Part shown: piece after piece, positions 43,516 to 53,000 of the stretch | How the letters are laid out: each line of letters starts with the position of its first letter | Numbering within the stretch: position 1 is the stretch's first letter | Assembly: GCA_040754495.1 (NCBI GenBank) | Contig: JBFMCO010000022.1 | Span: forward strand, 1-64,000 | Length of the DNA: 64,000 nucleotides | Source of the DNA: Candidatus Micrarchaeota archaeon | GTDB lineage: Archaea > Micrarchaeota > Micrarchaeia > Anstonellales > Bilamarchaeaceae | Reading direction: 5' to 3' | Position numbers and translations under genes: made by a program | Notes under the pieces: generated by a model | What the model saw: the letters and a program-made list of their open reading frames with translations, nothing else | Told to the model about the DNA's origin: nothing | Databases searched by the model: none

Positions 43516-44439
43516 ATGATGCTCGCAGGACCCAGGGCCAGGCTTGCGCAGAGGGCTGCAAGGTTCTCTTCGTACGCGGTGCTTGCCGGCAGCCTGATGG
43601 GCGGATGCCATGACAAAGGCGGTGCCGCCCCTGCCGAAGACGGGGGCGCCGAACTTCCGTTCTACCGGCTTCCGAGGGAGAGGGACGCGTCAGCGCCGGA
43701 TTCCGCAGGGGCAATGCCGCCGGCGGCTGCTCCGCCTGGCACGCAGAGCGCCATACGAGGCCCCCCGCCGCAACGCTCAAGCCTCGGCTGCCAGGACGGG
43801 ATGGCGAATGCGGGCAGGTACTGCATAGACGCTTACGAAGTCCACCTCGTGGACGGAACGGGCTCGCCCCGTCCCTATTACACGCGCCCGCCGGAGGACA
43901 TGCGGGGGCTTAGGGCGGCGACTGCTCCGGGCGTGTTCCCGCAGGGCTACCTGAACCAGCTCCAGGCGCGCACGGCGTGCCGGAATGCGGGCAAGAGGCT
44001 CTGCACGCTCGAGGAGTGGCAGGGCGCGTGCAGGGGAAGCGGAGGCATGAGGTATCCATATGGCATGTCGTTCGAGGAAGGGAGATGCAATACGCTGAAG
44101 TCGCCGCACATACTCGACAAAATCTTCCCGGACATACCGCACCTCCGGCGCATGGGCAGGGAGTTCAACGACCCGAGGCTCCTGCAGGAGCCGGGCTACC
44201 TGGCGAGGGGCGGCGAATACAGCGGCTGCGCCACGGAGAGCGGGATTCACGACATGGCCGGAAACCTCTCGGAATGGGTGGATGATTCCGTGGAGCGGGA
44301 CGGCATGCTGTATGGGACTTTCGCGGGCGGACCTTTCAGCGGGCCGGTGAAAGGCGGGTGCGGGCACTGGACGAGCGTGCATGCGGCGAAATACTCGGAT
44401 TACTCGATAGGGACAAGGTGCTGCGCGGACGGGCGGTAG
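43516..44439 (+). CDS. SUMF1/FGE-sulfatase (C-type-lectin-fold) domain lipoprotein-like protein
   Basis: CIDAYE, CRNAGKRLCTLEEWQGAC, GIHDMAGNLSEW, SIGTRCC; LMGGC lipobox-like. Confidence 0.85.
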   Translation: MMLAGPRARLAQRAARFSSYAVLAGSLMGGCHDKGGAAPAEDGGAELPFYRLPRERDASAPDSAGAMPPAAAPPGTQSAIRGPPPQRSSLGCQDGMANAGRYCIDAYEVHLVDGTGSPRPYYTRPPEDMRGLRAATAPGVFPQGYLNQLQARTACRNAGKRLCTLEEWQGACRGSGGMRYPYGMSFEEGRCNTLKSPHILDKIFPDIPHLRRMGREFNDPRLLQEPGYLARGGEYSGCATESGIHDMAGNLSEWVDDSVERDGMLYGTFAGGPFSGPVKGGCGHWTSVHAAKYSDYSIGTRCCADGR

Positions 44440-44454
44440 CGGTTTCCTGCCTTA

Positions 44455-45069
44455 TTATTTCGGGACGAACGAGACGCGCCTCCCTTCGACCGCATAAGCG
44501 CCTTTCGAGAAAGAGTCCACGACTTTCGCATACGCCTTGTGCTCGTGCGCGAGTATTTTCGCGGCGACCTCCTCCGCGCTAATGCAATCCGCGATATCCA
44601 CGGCCTCCTGGTAGATTATGGGGCCGGCGTCCAGGCTCTCGTCCACGAAATGGATGGTGAGCCCTGACACCTTCGCGCCGTAGTCGAAAGCCTGCTTCTG
44701 CGCGTCCGAGCCCGGGAAGGACGGGAGGAGGGCCGGGTGGATGTTGATTATCCTGTTCCGGTACGCATCGAGAAGCGCCTTTCCCTTGAGGAGCAGCATG
44801 TAGCCGGCCAGCACGACGAGCTCCGCCCCGTATCGTTCAAGCAGCTCGAGGATGCGCATATCGAGCTCGCCGCGGCTCCCGAACGACTTCCGCTCCACCA
44901 GCTCGACAGGGATGCCGTTCTCCTTTGCGATTGAGACGGCCGGCGCATCAGGGTTGTTGGTGATGAGCACCTTCACTTCTGCGTCGCAGCGGCCGGCACG
45001 GATTTCCCCGAGAATCGCGCTGAAGTTGCTTCCCCTCCCGGAGGCCAGGACCGCCACCTTGACTGCCAT
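44455..45069 (-). CDS. purN: Phosphoribosylglycinamide formyltransferase
   Basis: VLASGRGSN, VLAGYM, NIHPALLPSFPG, HFVDESLDAGPII. Confidence 0.96.
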   Translation of the reverse strand: MAVKVAVLASGRGSNFSAILGEIRAGRCDAEVKVLITNNPDAPAVSIAKENGIPVELVERKSFGSRGELDMRILELLERYGAELVVLAGYMLLLKGKALLDAYRNRIINIHPALLPSFPGSDAQKQAFDYGAKVSGLTIHFVDESLDAGPIIYQEAVDIADCISAEEVAAKILAHEHKAYAKVVDSFSKGAYAVEGRRVSFVPK

Positions 45070-45104
45070 GCATATATGCGGGGAGAAAATGTTTTAATTA
45101 TCTT

Positions 45105-45407
45105 GTGCGAAAGGAGCGCATGGGGGAAAATTATTCCGGCAGGTTCGCGATACCGGATGTGCCGGGGACGGAGCCTATTGAGAGCATCGTGGCCAGGCTT
45201 CGGCGCGACATCGCCTCCGATTGCTCGGGCCTCCTGCGGAGGGCGAAAACCGCCAGGGTGTCCCAGGCCGGCTCTTACCGGGCCCGCGTCTGGGAGAGCA
45301 GGATTTGCAGGATAATCGAGGCGAACGCGACGACTTTCAGCATACTGGAGCTGAGGCGGCTCAAGCGCGAATGCACCGTGCTTTCGCAGGAGCTGCGGGG
45401 ATTCTGA
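45105..45407 (+). CDS. Hypothetical protein
   Basis: 100-aa ORF filling the gap between purN and the next gene. Confidence 0.35.
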   Translation: MRKERMGENYSGRFAIPDVPGTEPIESIVARLRRDIASDCSGLLRRAKTARVSQAGSYRARVWESRICRIIEANATTFSILELRRLKRECTVLSQELRGF

Positions 45408-45440
45408 GCCTTGCCCTTTGCGCAAGCCGCGTGGCCAGGC

Positions 45441-46625
45441 CTACTCTTCGGTTATCCTCAGATTAGGATTGCACATCGCCCGCTCGATGAATTGCATGTG
45501 CTCCATGCTTATCGGGGCGATGCCCGCCGCTTCCCGTATTTTCTGCCCGTCGAGCATCTCCTCGTGGCTGCGGCCGCCAAGGCTCGTGAAGATTGCGCCC
45601 GCGAGGATGTCGGCCCACTTTCGCAGGAAATCCTCCCCCACCGCGAATGCCCCGGCGCCGAGCTGGCGCATGGAGCTGTCGAAAGACGGCAGTACCACCG
45701 TAACGTCAACTCCGTGCAGCATCATAGAGCGGAACGCTTCCGCCGGGTCGGAATAAAGCGCCTGGAGCATGTATGCCGCAATCTCCATCACGTCGCGCGG
45801 GAGCGGAACGTTGCCGTTGGCCTCGCGCTCGAGCATATGGGCCACCTCGTGCGCGAATGCCGAGCCTATCTGCGCGTTCAGTGAGCGCATCAGGAACTCG
45901 CGGGGGCTGCCGCTTTCCGCGGCGATCGACGCGAGCCTGGATATCATCAGCCGCAGGCACGACACATCCAGCGCGAAAAGGACGCTTGCCTCCTCCGTCA
46001 GCCCTTCCGCGGCGAACGCCCTTGCGAGGGCCTCTCCGGCCGCCCCGGCCCCGGTCCTTGCAAGGGATATCCTCATGCCTTCCGGGCGGCAGTCCAGCTC
46101 TTCCGGGCCGGCCAGCCAGAAATCAAGCAGCTGCGCGAGCCTGGCGGCGTTCTGCGTGGCGTTGAGCTCGAACCACAGGAGGCCCTCCATGCCCATGTTG
46201 AACCTGGCCCGGCCCACCCTCATCCCGTCCGACTCGTCAAGGAACACGTGAACGGGCCGGCCGAAGGCCTCGAAACTGTGCAGCATGAGGCCCACGCTCT
46301 CCGGCCGGCCGAAGCGGGAGTGGAGCCCCCGGGAGAGGAACACCTCCCTTATCCCGGAGAGCACCTGGTGCCTCACGATTTCAGGGCTGTCGCCGCCGAG
46401 GGGGCGGAGGGCCTCCGAGATATCGCAGCGAAGGTTGTGATCCGTCATGCGCAGCTCCCGGATGAAGCGGCGCGAGGACGGGCCCGGGTTTCCGAACGCC
46501 TTTGCCAGCTTCAGGCCCTCCAGCACCGGCTCGTCAACTAGTCCTTTGAGCCGTCCGAACTTGAATGTCTTGCGCCGGAGCATGGGCGCGCAATATGACT
46601 TTATCTGCTCCTTGCCTACTGCCAC
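45441..46625 (-). CDS. Hypothetical protein with HExxH zincin-like motif
   Basis: AFAHEVAHMLE followed by MEIAAY. Confidence 0.6.
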   Translation of the reverse strand: MAVGKEQIKSYCAPMLRRKTFKFGRLKGLVDEPVLEGLKLAKAFGNPGPSSRRFIRELRMTDHNLRCDISEALRPLGGDSPEIVRHQVLSGIREVFLSRGLHSRFGRPESVGLMLHSFEAFGRPVHVFLDESDGMRVGRARFNMGMEGLLWFELNATQNAARLAQLLDFWLAGPEELDCRPEGMRISLARTGAGAAGEALARAFAAEGLTEEASVLFALDVSCLRLMISRLASIAAESGSPREFLMRSLNAQIGSAFAHEVAHMLEREANGNVPLPRDVMEIAAYMLQALYSDPAEAFRSMMLHGVDVTVVLPSFDSSMRQLGAGAFAVGEDFLRKWADILAGAIFTSLGGRSHEEMLDGQKIREAAGIAPISMEHMQFIERAMCNPNLRITEE

Positions 46626-46736
46626 GTCATGATTATCCTAGGGAACGTTTTAAAAAGTGGTCTAACGTTAAATATGATGGGCAATGCTTCAAAATGATTT
46701 AATTCCTTGCCAATCCAGTACATCACGGCGGTAGTC

Positions 46737-47441
46737 ATGCTGAGCATCGTGATACCAACATACAACGAGGAGGAGCACATCGGGGGGCTCCTCGAATCAC
46801 TTAAGCCTCAGCTCGCGGAAGGCGACGAGATAATAGTAGTGGACAGCCGCAGCCATGACCGCACAGCGGAGATAGCGCGGAGGCATGGCGCGAGGGTGAT
46901 AGAGGAGCCCAAGAGAGGGAACGGCCTTGCGAGGACGGCCGGCGCGAGAGCCGCCCGGAACGGCATAGTGGTATTCGTTGACGCAGACTGCGTCCCCTCG
47001 GGCGGCTTCCTGGCGCGGATAAGGAGGCATTTTGCCTCGCAGGAGACCGTTGCCGTGGGCGGCCTCGACTTATATCACTCCGAATCCGGCCTGAACAGGC
47101 TCGTATATGACACGTTTTCCAGGAGCGTGTTCTTTTCCGCCATGCTGACGCACGCGCTGACAGGCAGGTATTGGCTCGCCTCGAACAACTCCGCCTACAG
47201 GAAGGACGTGTTCCTTTCCGCAGGCGGCTACCGCTCCGTGATATGCGAGGACACGGACCTCACGCGGAGGCTCCCTCCATCTAAGCACGTGGTGTATGAC
47301 GCTCATCTCGTGCTCTCGCTCTCGGACCGCAGGTTCAAAAAAGACGGATTCCTGAGCACCATCTCGCTCTGGGGCAGGAGCAACATAGCCGCATGGACCG
47401 GCAGGGGCGCCGACAGCTCCGCCTACAAGACGTCCTATTAG
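46737..47441 (+). CDS. Glycosyltransferase family 2
   Basis: SIVIPTYNEE, IIVVDSRSHD, VFVDAD (DxD), CEDTDL. Confidence 0.92.
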   Translation: MLSIVIPTYNEEEHIGGLLESLKPQLAEGDEIIVVDSRSHDRTAEIARRHGARVIEEPKRGNGLARTAGARAARNGIVVFVDADCVPSGGFLARIRRHFASQETVAVGGLDLYHSESGLNRLVYDTFSRSVFFSAMLTHALTGRYWLASNNSAYRKDVFLSAGGYRSVICEDTDLTRRLPPSKHVVYDAHLVLSLSDRRFKKDGFLSTISLWGRSNIAAWTGRGADSSAYKTSY

Positions 47442-48892
47442 GCGCGCTTCCATCTGACGCCGCCGGCCGCGGCCTTGTCCTCGAGCATGATGCCTGCTTC
47501 CTTCAGCCTCGCCCGGATGGCATCCGACTTCCCGTAGTCCTTTTTGGCTCTCGCCTCGTCGCGCATGCGGATTAGCGCCTCGAGCGCCGCCTCCGCGCTT
47601 CCGGCCGCCGGCGCCCCGAATTCAAGCAGGAGCGCGGAGAGCGCCGCGGCCAAATCATCGAGGCCAGCCTTCTTCTCCTCGAGGCCGAGCACCCACAGCA
47701 TGCCTGAAAGCGAATCCGAGACCTTCCGGAGCTGCTCGTGGTCTACGCGGCCGCTCATGTGGGCATTCGCGATGCGGAGCAGGTTGAAGAGGGAGGCGAT
47801 CGCCTCGGGCGTCCGGAGGTCGTCTTCCATGCAGGCGTGGAAGTCCGCAATCAGCGCGTCGCTCTTTTTCCTGAATTCCTCGTCCCTGTGCCCGTCGCCC
47901 TTCGTGGTGTCTATCTCGCGGATGAGGCCCAGCGAGTTGAATATCCTCTCCACGCTCTCCTCCATCGAGTCGAGAACGTCCTCGTCGTAGTCAAGCGGGC
48001 TGCGGTAGTGGGCCTGGAGGTAGAAGAGGCGGAGGGCGTTCGGGCTGCTCCGCGATAGGGCCTGCGCAAGCGTCACGAAGTTCCCGAGGGACTTGCTCAT
48101 CTTCTCCCCTTCCACGGTCAGGAAGCCGAAGTGCATCCAGTGCCTGCAGAACTGCTCCCCGCTCGCAGCCTCGCTTTGCGCGATTTCGTTCTCATGGTGC
48201 GGGAATATCAGGTCCCGCCCCCCGCCGTGGACGTCGAGCGTGCCGCCCGCGTACTTTCCCGCCATCGCAGAGCATTCTATGTGCCAGCCGGGCCTCCCCC
48301 TGCCCCAGGGGCTGTCGAACTCGATGATTTCGCCGCTCGTCTTTTTCCACAGCGCGAAATCGGCCGGGTCCTTCTTCGTTTCCTCGACCTCGAAGCGCGA
48401 GCCGGCCCGTATCTCCTCCAGGTTCTGCCCCGAGAGCGAGCCGTAACGGGGGAATGAGGAGATGTCGAAATAGACGCCGCTTTTCGTCTCGTACGCCTTC
48501 CCGCGCGCAATCAGCTTCTGCACGAGCGCGATGATGTCCGGGATGTGCCCTGTGACCTTCGGATAGACGTCGGCCGGGAGGATGGAGAGCTTGCCAAAAA
48601 GCTCGAGCGCCTCGTCGTGGTTGGCTTTCGTCAGCGCGGCCGGGTCTGCCCCGGTCTCCTTGCAGCGCCTGATTATCTTGTCGTCAACGTCGGTTATGTT
48701 CTGGATATGGTAGATGATATGCCCACTGCGGAGGAGGTAGCGCTTCAGCACGTCGAATGAGACGTACGCCCGGGCGTGGCCTATGTGCGCGCTGTCGTAG
48801 GGGGTGAGGCCGCAGACGTACATCACGACCTTCCTGCCGCGCGGCGGGGAGAAGTCTTCCGCCCGCTTTGTGAGCGAATTGAAAAGGCGCAT
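47438..48892 (-). CDS. cysS: Cysteine--tRNA ligase
   Basis: MYVCGLTPY, HIGH, QNITDVDDKI, GRPGWHIEC, HHENE, KMSKSLGN; start MRLFNSLT. Confidence 0.97.
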   Translation of the reverse strand: MRLFNSLTKRAEDFSPPRGRKVVMYVCGLTPYDSAHIGHARAYVSFDVLKRYLLRSGHIIYHIQNITDVDDKIIRRCKETGADPAALTKANHDEALELFGKLSILPADVYPKVTGHIPDIIALVQKLIARGKAYETKSGVYFDISSFPRYGSLSGQNLEEIRAGSRFEVEETKKDPADFALWKKTSGEIIEFDSPWGRGRPGWHIECSAMAGKYAGGTLDVHGGGRDLIFPHHENEIAQSEAASGEQFCRHWMHFGFLTVEGEKMSKSLGNFVTLAQALSRSSPNALRLFYLQAHYRSPLDYDEDVLDSMEESVERIFNSLGLIREIDTTKGDGHRDEEFRKKSDALIADFHACMEDDLRTPEAIASLFNLLRIANAHMSGRVDHEQLRKVSDSLSGMLWVLGLEEKKAGLDDLAAALSALLLEFGAPAAGSAEAALEALIRMRDEARAKKDYGKSDAIRARLKEAGIMLEDKAAAGGVRWKRA

Positions 48893-48994
48893 CGGAGATT
48901 TGTGCGCTCGAAAAATATTTATAAAGATACCATACGAGTATAAGCCCAAACCGCTCCGGAATCCGGAGGGGAGTCTAGCAGGGAGGTATTGATT

Positions 48995-49366
48995 ATGGCA
49001 GAAGAGAAAAAAGAGGTCAAAGCGCCTGCGATGGCGTCGACCACCGTCTCTGGGCTGAGCAATGAGAGCAAGTTGTGGGCGGCGTTGTGCTACGTCTTCC
49101 CCATCCTCATGTTCATCCTGGTCTACGTGATGGAGGACAAGAAGAAGGACAAGTTCATCTTCTTCCATGCATGGCAGAGCCTCCTGGCAGGCCTTGCGGG
49201 CTGGGCAATCTCCATGGTGATTGCGGTCGTCACGTTCGGCATCGGCTCGCTGTGCTTCCCGGTTTACTGGCTGGTGCTGCTCTACTTCGCGTACAAGGCA
49301 TACCAGGGCGAGAAGTTCCTGCTGCCGACGATTGGCCCGATGGCCGAGCAGTACGCCAGCAAGTGA
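48995..49366 (+). CDS. DUF4870-like small membrane protein
   Basis: WAALCY...FIFFHAWQS...AYQGEKFLLPTIG pattern; GGAGGT ribosome site upstream. Confidence 0.75.
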   Translation: MAEEKKEVKAPAMASTTVSGLSNESKLWAALCYVFPILMFILVYVMEDKKKDKFIFFHAWQSLLAGLAGWAISMVIAVVTFGIGSLCFPVYWLVLLYFAYKAYQGEKFLLPTIGPMAEQYASK

Positions 49367-49467
49367 GTTTTTTTCATTTTTCTTTCTTATTTTCCCTCTT
49401 TATCCGGGAATTCGGACACCAATAGCGGATTTTTAAAACTTATCCCCGATTTATCCGCGGTGATAAT

Positions 49468-49917
49468 TTGGGTATTGATATTGGCAAATCGCTGAAAGTG
49501 GCGACAATTCCGATCGTGATTCTTATCGCCATCGGGGTGTTTTCGAGCATCGTCGGGGCCATCCCGGTCCTGAACATACTCTTGTGCCTCGTGGGCATAC
49601 CCCTCGCGCTTGTGAGCTGGGTGGTTACCGCCTGGTCCGGGTACAAGGCGGTCAAGGAAGCGCAGATGGACCTCGTAGGCGGCGCGGTCACCGGCGGCCT
49701 CACGGCCCTCATAGCGGGCATAGTGAACGGCATCGTCAGCTTCGTGCTCAGCCTCCTCGGCATGGGCGTCGGGGTTGCTACCGGCGGTGACGTTGGCGGC
49801 GCTGCGGTTGGCGCGGGCTTCGGCCTGGTCTTCATCGTGATAGGCATCGTGGTCGGCACGATATTCGGCCTGGTGCTCGGTGCGATAGGCGCTTTCGTAG
49901 CAGGGATGAAGAAGTAG
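49468..49917 (+). CDS. Gly/Ala-rich multi-pass membrane protein
   Basis: Four hydrophobic helices, 149 aa. Confidence 0.7.
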   Translation: MGIDIGKSLKVATIPIVILIAIGVFSSIVGAIPVLNILLCLVGIPLALVSWVVTAWSGYKAVKEAQMDLVGGAVTGGLTALIAGIVNGIVSFVLSLLGMGVGVATGGDVGGAAVGAGFGLVFIVIGIVVGTIFGLVLGAIGAFVAGMKK

Positions 49918-50009
49918 GTTTCTTTTTCCCTTATTTTTCCCTTTTCTCTATTCTTCAAGACCCTAGACCGGAAACTGGAAACCGCAAGTCATACCTGAGG
50001 CCCGGGAGT

Positions 50010-53000
50010 TCACAGGAAATCGGACAGCCCCATCTGCTTGACCTTGTCGTCCTCGAATATGCTCTTTATCTCCCGCTCGACAAGCACCAGCCTCTGCTTC
50101 AGGTAGGAGGGAAGGTCGTAGCGGTCGCATATGTCGCGGGATATCTCCAGGTATTTCTCGATTCCGCCCTTGTTGATTGTGAGGAGGAGGTTGCCCCCGC
50201 AGCGCGCGCACTTGCCCGCCAAGGGCACCCTGCGGAAGATGGTGTTGCACGAGACGCAGCGGAAGGTCTGCCTTGAGAAGGAGCGCAGGTTGCCGTAGAG
50301 GTCCGGGATGAAATGGCTCAGTATCAGGCGCTCGGCTGCATCGCGCCTATCAACCGGGCGGAGGCGGCCCTGGAGCCTGAACTGTATGTCTATCTTGTCC
50401 GGTATGGACTGCAGCTCCACGTAAGCCGTCCGTATGTTCCCGACATCAAGCGTGCCGCCCGGATGCGTGATGGGAAGCTCGTACTGCTCGTCGGTCCCCA
50501 GGACGTCCTTCACGGTCTTGAGCTTCACCTCGCCCGGCGGCGCGAAGCGCTCCGCGGCCTCGTAGAACTCGAGGGGGTAGCGCGAGACGATTTCGATGCA
50601 GTGCGCCTCGTCGTCCACCTCCTTGGGGTTTATCTCTATGGAGAGCACGAGGGGCGCGTCCATGGTGCCCCCGCGCTTCTCGTCGAGGAACCTGCGGGAG
50701 AAGTTGATGAGGGCGTCCATCAGGAGCATCACGCAGTCCTCGTCGCCGTCGCACCGAATCGTAAAGACCTGGTTGTTCAGAAGAACATTCTTTTCTTCCA
50801 GGGATTGGCCTTCCACATCGAGGCAGTATGCCGGAACTCCGTCTGTGAATTTCTCAATCGACCTGACCTTATCGAAAATATAGTCGCTTTGAGGCACGAC
50901 CGTGAACAGCTTATTCTGGTATTTGATAAATCGCGCATCGCTCGACAGACCGTTTCTTCTCAGTTCGGACATTCGTTCTGCCTTATGCTTCACAGAGGGC
51001 GCGCAGATATTTGCAAAGGCATATAGGTCGGTGCCATAAAGACTAATGAATCTCTGCGAAAGCAAACGCGGGGTTTTTCCGAGCTCTTTATACCTTTCAA
51101 GGACCTTTTTGCCAGGCAAACGCGGTTTGGTTTTGCCATACCTGCAGAAGATTCCAAATCGCAAAAGCAGCGTGCCGAAATCCTCCAAAAGATTTTGTGA
51201 AACGGAGTAGAAGTGCATTCTCGGGGGGGTGGCGATTACACTTCCATCTCCGTCAAAATAAGCAGAAATAAAGGATTTGACAAGACGGTCAGGCAGTGAA
51301 AAGACGAGATTTGGAACCCGTTTCGTGTAGGCATTTGAGCCGGTCTTCAAGACTTTATCAAACAGAAGGTGGATTATCCGGCTGCACATTGTTATCTGAG
51401 TGCCGTTCTCGCCAAGATAAGGGTTCGTCATAAAAACGCTTTTGATGGCGGCAATAAGCCGGTTCTGCATTATTTTATTGCAAACCCTGAAGCTGACCTG
51501 ATAACACGAAGGGCTTCTCCGTGCATACCCCTCTGAGACGAAGTAGCCGAGAATGAGCATCAGGTCCTCATCTATTGGAATTCTTACCGGCAGCCCCAGG
51601 TTATCTCTCTTCATGGCAATTTTTGCATCCATGGGCAAATCCTCAAAATTGCACACCCCCTCTTCCACAAGGATTTCGAAATGGGAGAGTGGAACGCGTC
51701 CATACCACCTGCTCGGAGTCCGTCTCTCGATTTTGTTGAGCGGCAGGATTCTGAGCAGCAAATCGCGATGATTATAGAATATTTTCTTGAAAAAATCCTT
51801 CGAGCGAAGTATTATCGCTTCTTTTTCTTCCTTTTTTAGTGGAGATAGGGCCTTTGCAAGATTGAGCACGCGGGAGTCGTCTATCGTGTGCGGATTGAAT
51901 TTTATGCAAACTGGCAGATCGGAGCCTTCAGTCATATCTTTTGCCTGAACTGCGCTAAGCGCCCCTTTGTTGAGGCAAAGAATATTATGGTCGGGAGTCA
52001 CGGTAATCTCCCGGTGGGTGGTTGTCGTAAGCTTAATCCATTTATCGGGAGCCTTTGCTCTGATGAAGCATTTGATTTTTTTACGGATTGTTTTGTGGGA
52101 TTGGAGGTCTATTCCGAATGAGTAAAGAGTTCCGGGAACTTCCACTTTTTCTGTATAAGCATCAAGCCGCTTGACCCTGTCGGGGTATTTGGCAAACATT
52201 TCTTCGGTAACATCGCCCAGTGCCCTTTTGATATATTTTTTCTCGTGCTCATCAAATATGATAATCTCGGTTGCCGGATGGAAGCAGTTCCTTCTCTTCG
52301 CCGTGTGGAAATACGGGTGGCCGTAGCCGACGTTGGCCTTGTTGAAGCCCACGATGCGGCACAGGACGCCGGCGCTCGTGTGCGGCGAGAGCCCGACTGC
52401 CAGGTGGCCTATCAGGTCGTCCTTCGACTTCACGTTGTAGAAGGGCTTCATGCCGTAGAGGTTGATTAGCATGTCGTCGATGAAATCCGCCACACGCATG
52501 AAGTACGCGGCGCCGTTCTCGGAGAGGACGATGTCCTGGTGCCGCAGCGCCAGCGTCTGGGAGCCGCTCTCGAGGGGCTTGCCAAGATAATCCACGGCAT
52601 AACCGAGCGCCCTGGCCCTATCGAGGCTTATGCCCACCTCGTCCGGCGTGAAATGCGTGAGCGGGATGTCTGTCGCGTCGAAGCGGGAGGTGCCGTCCCT
52701 GAAAACGTAGACGTCGTGCTTTGCGCGGAGGAAGCCCTTCTCCAGCCGCTCCGGGATGCGGATGGTGTTCGAGAGGCCCTTCACCCCCTTCACGTCTTCC
52801 GGGGAGCTCCCCACCCGGTCCTTCACGCGCTCGAAGAGCTCCATTATGTCTACGGGCCTGCGGTCGTAGGAGAGCGTCTTCATCTCGCAGTGGATTTCGT
52901 ACTCGCAGATGCGGCCGCACTTCTGGCATATCCGCTCCTCGGCGGCCCTGCCGCCGCAGACGTCGCAGCGCCGGTAATAGCCGAGGCGGCGGCATTTTTC

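Noticed and set aside
43516-44439. FGE/CLec-fold gene as a diversity-generating retroelement target
   Set aside because: No template repeat of its 3' end and no reverse transcriptase in the window
49367-49955. T-rich tracts after 49366 and 49917
   Set aside because: Ordinary archaeal oligo-T terminators, not novel
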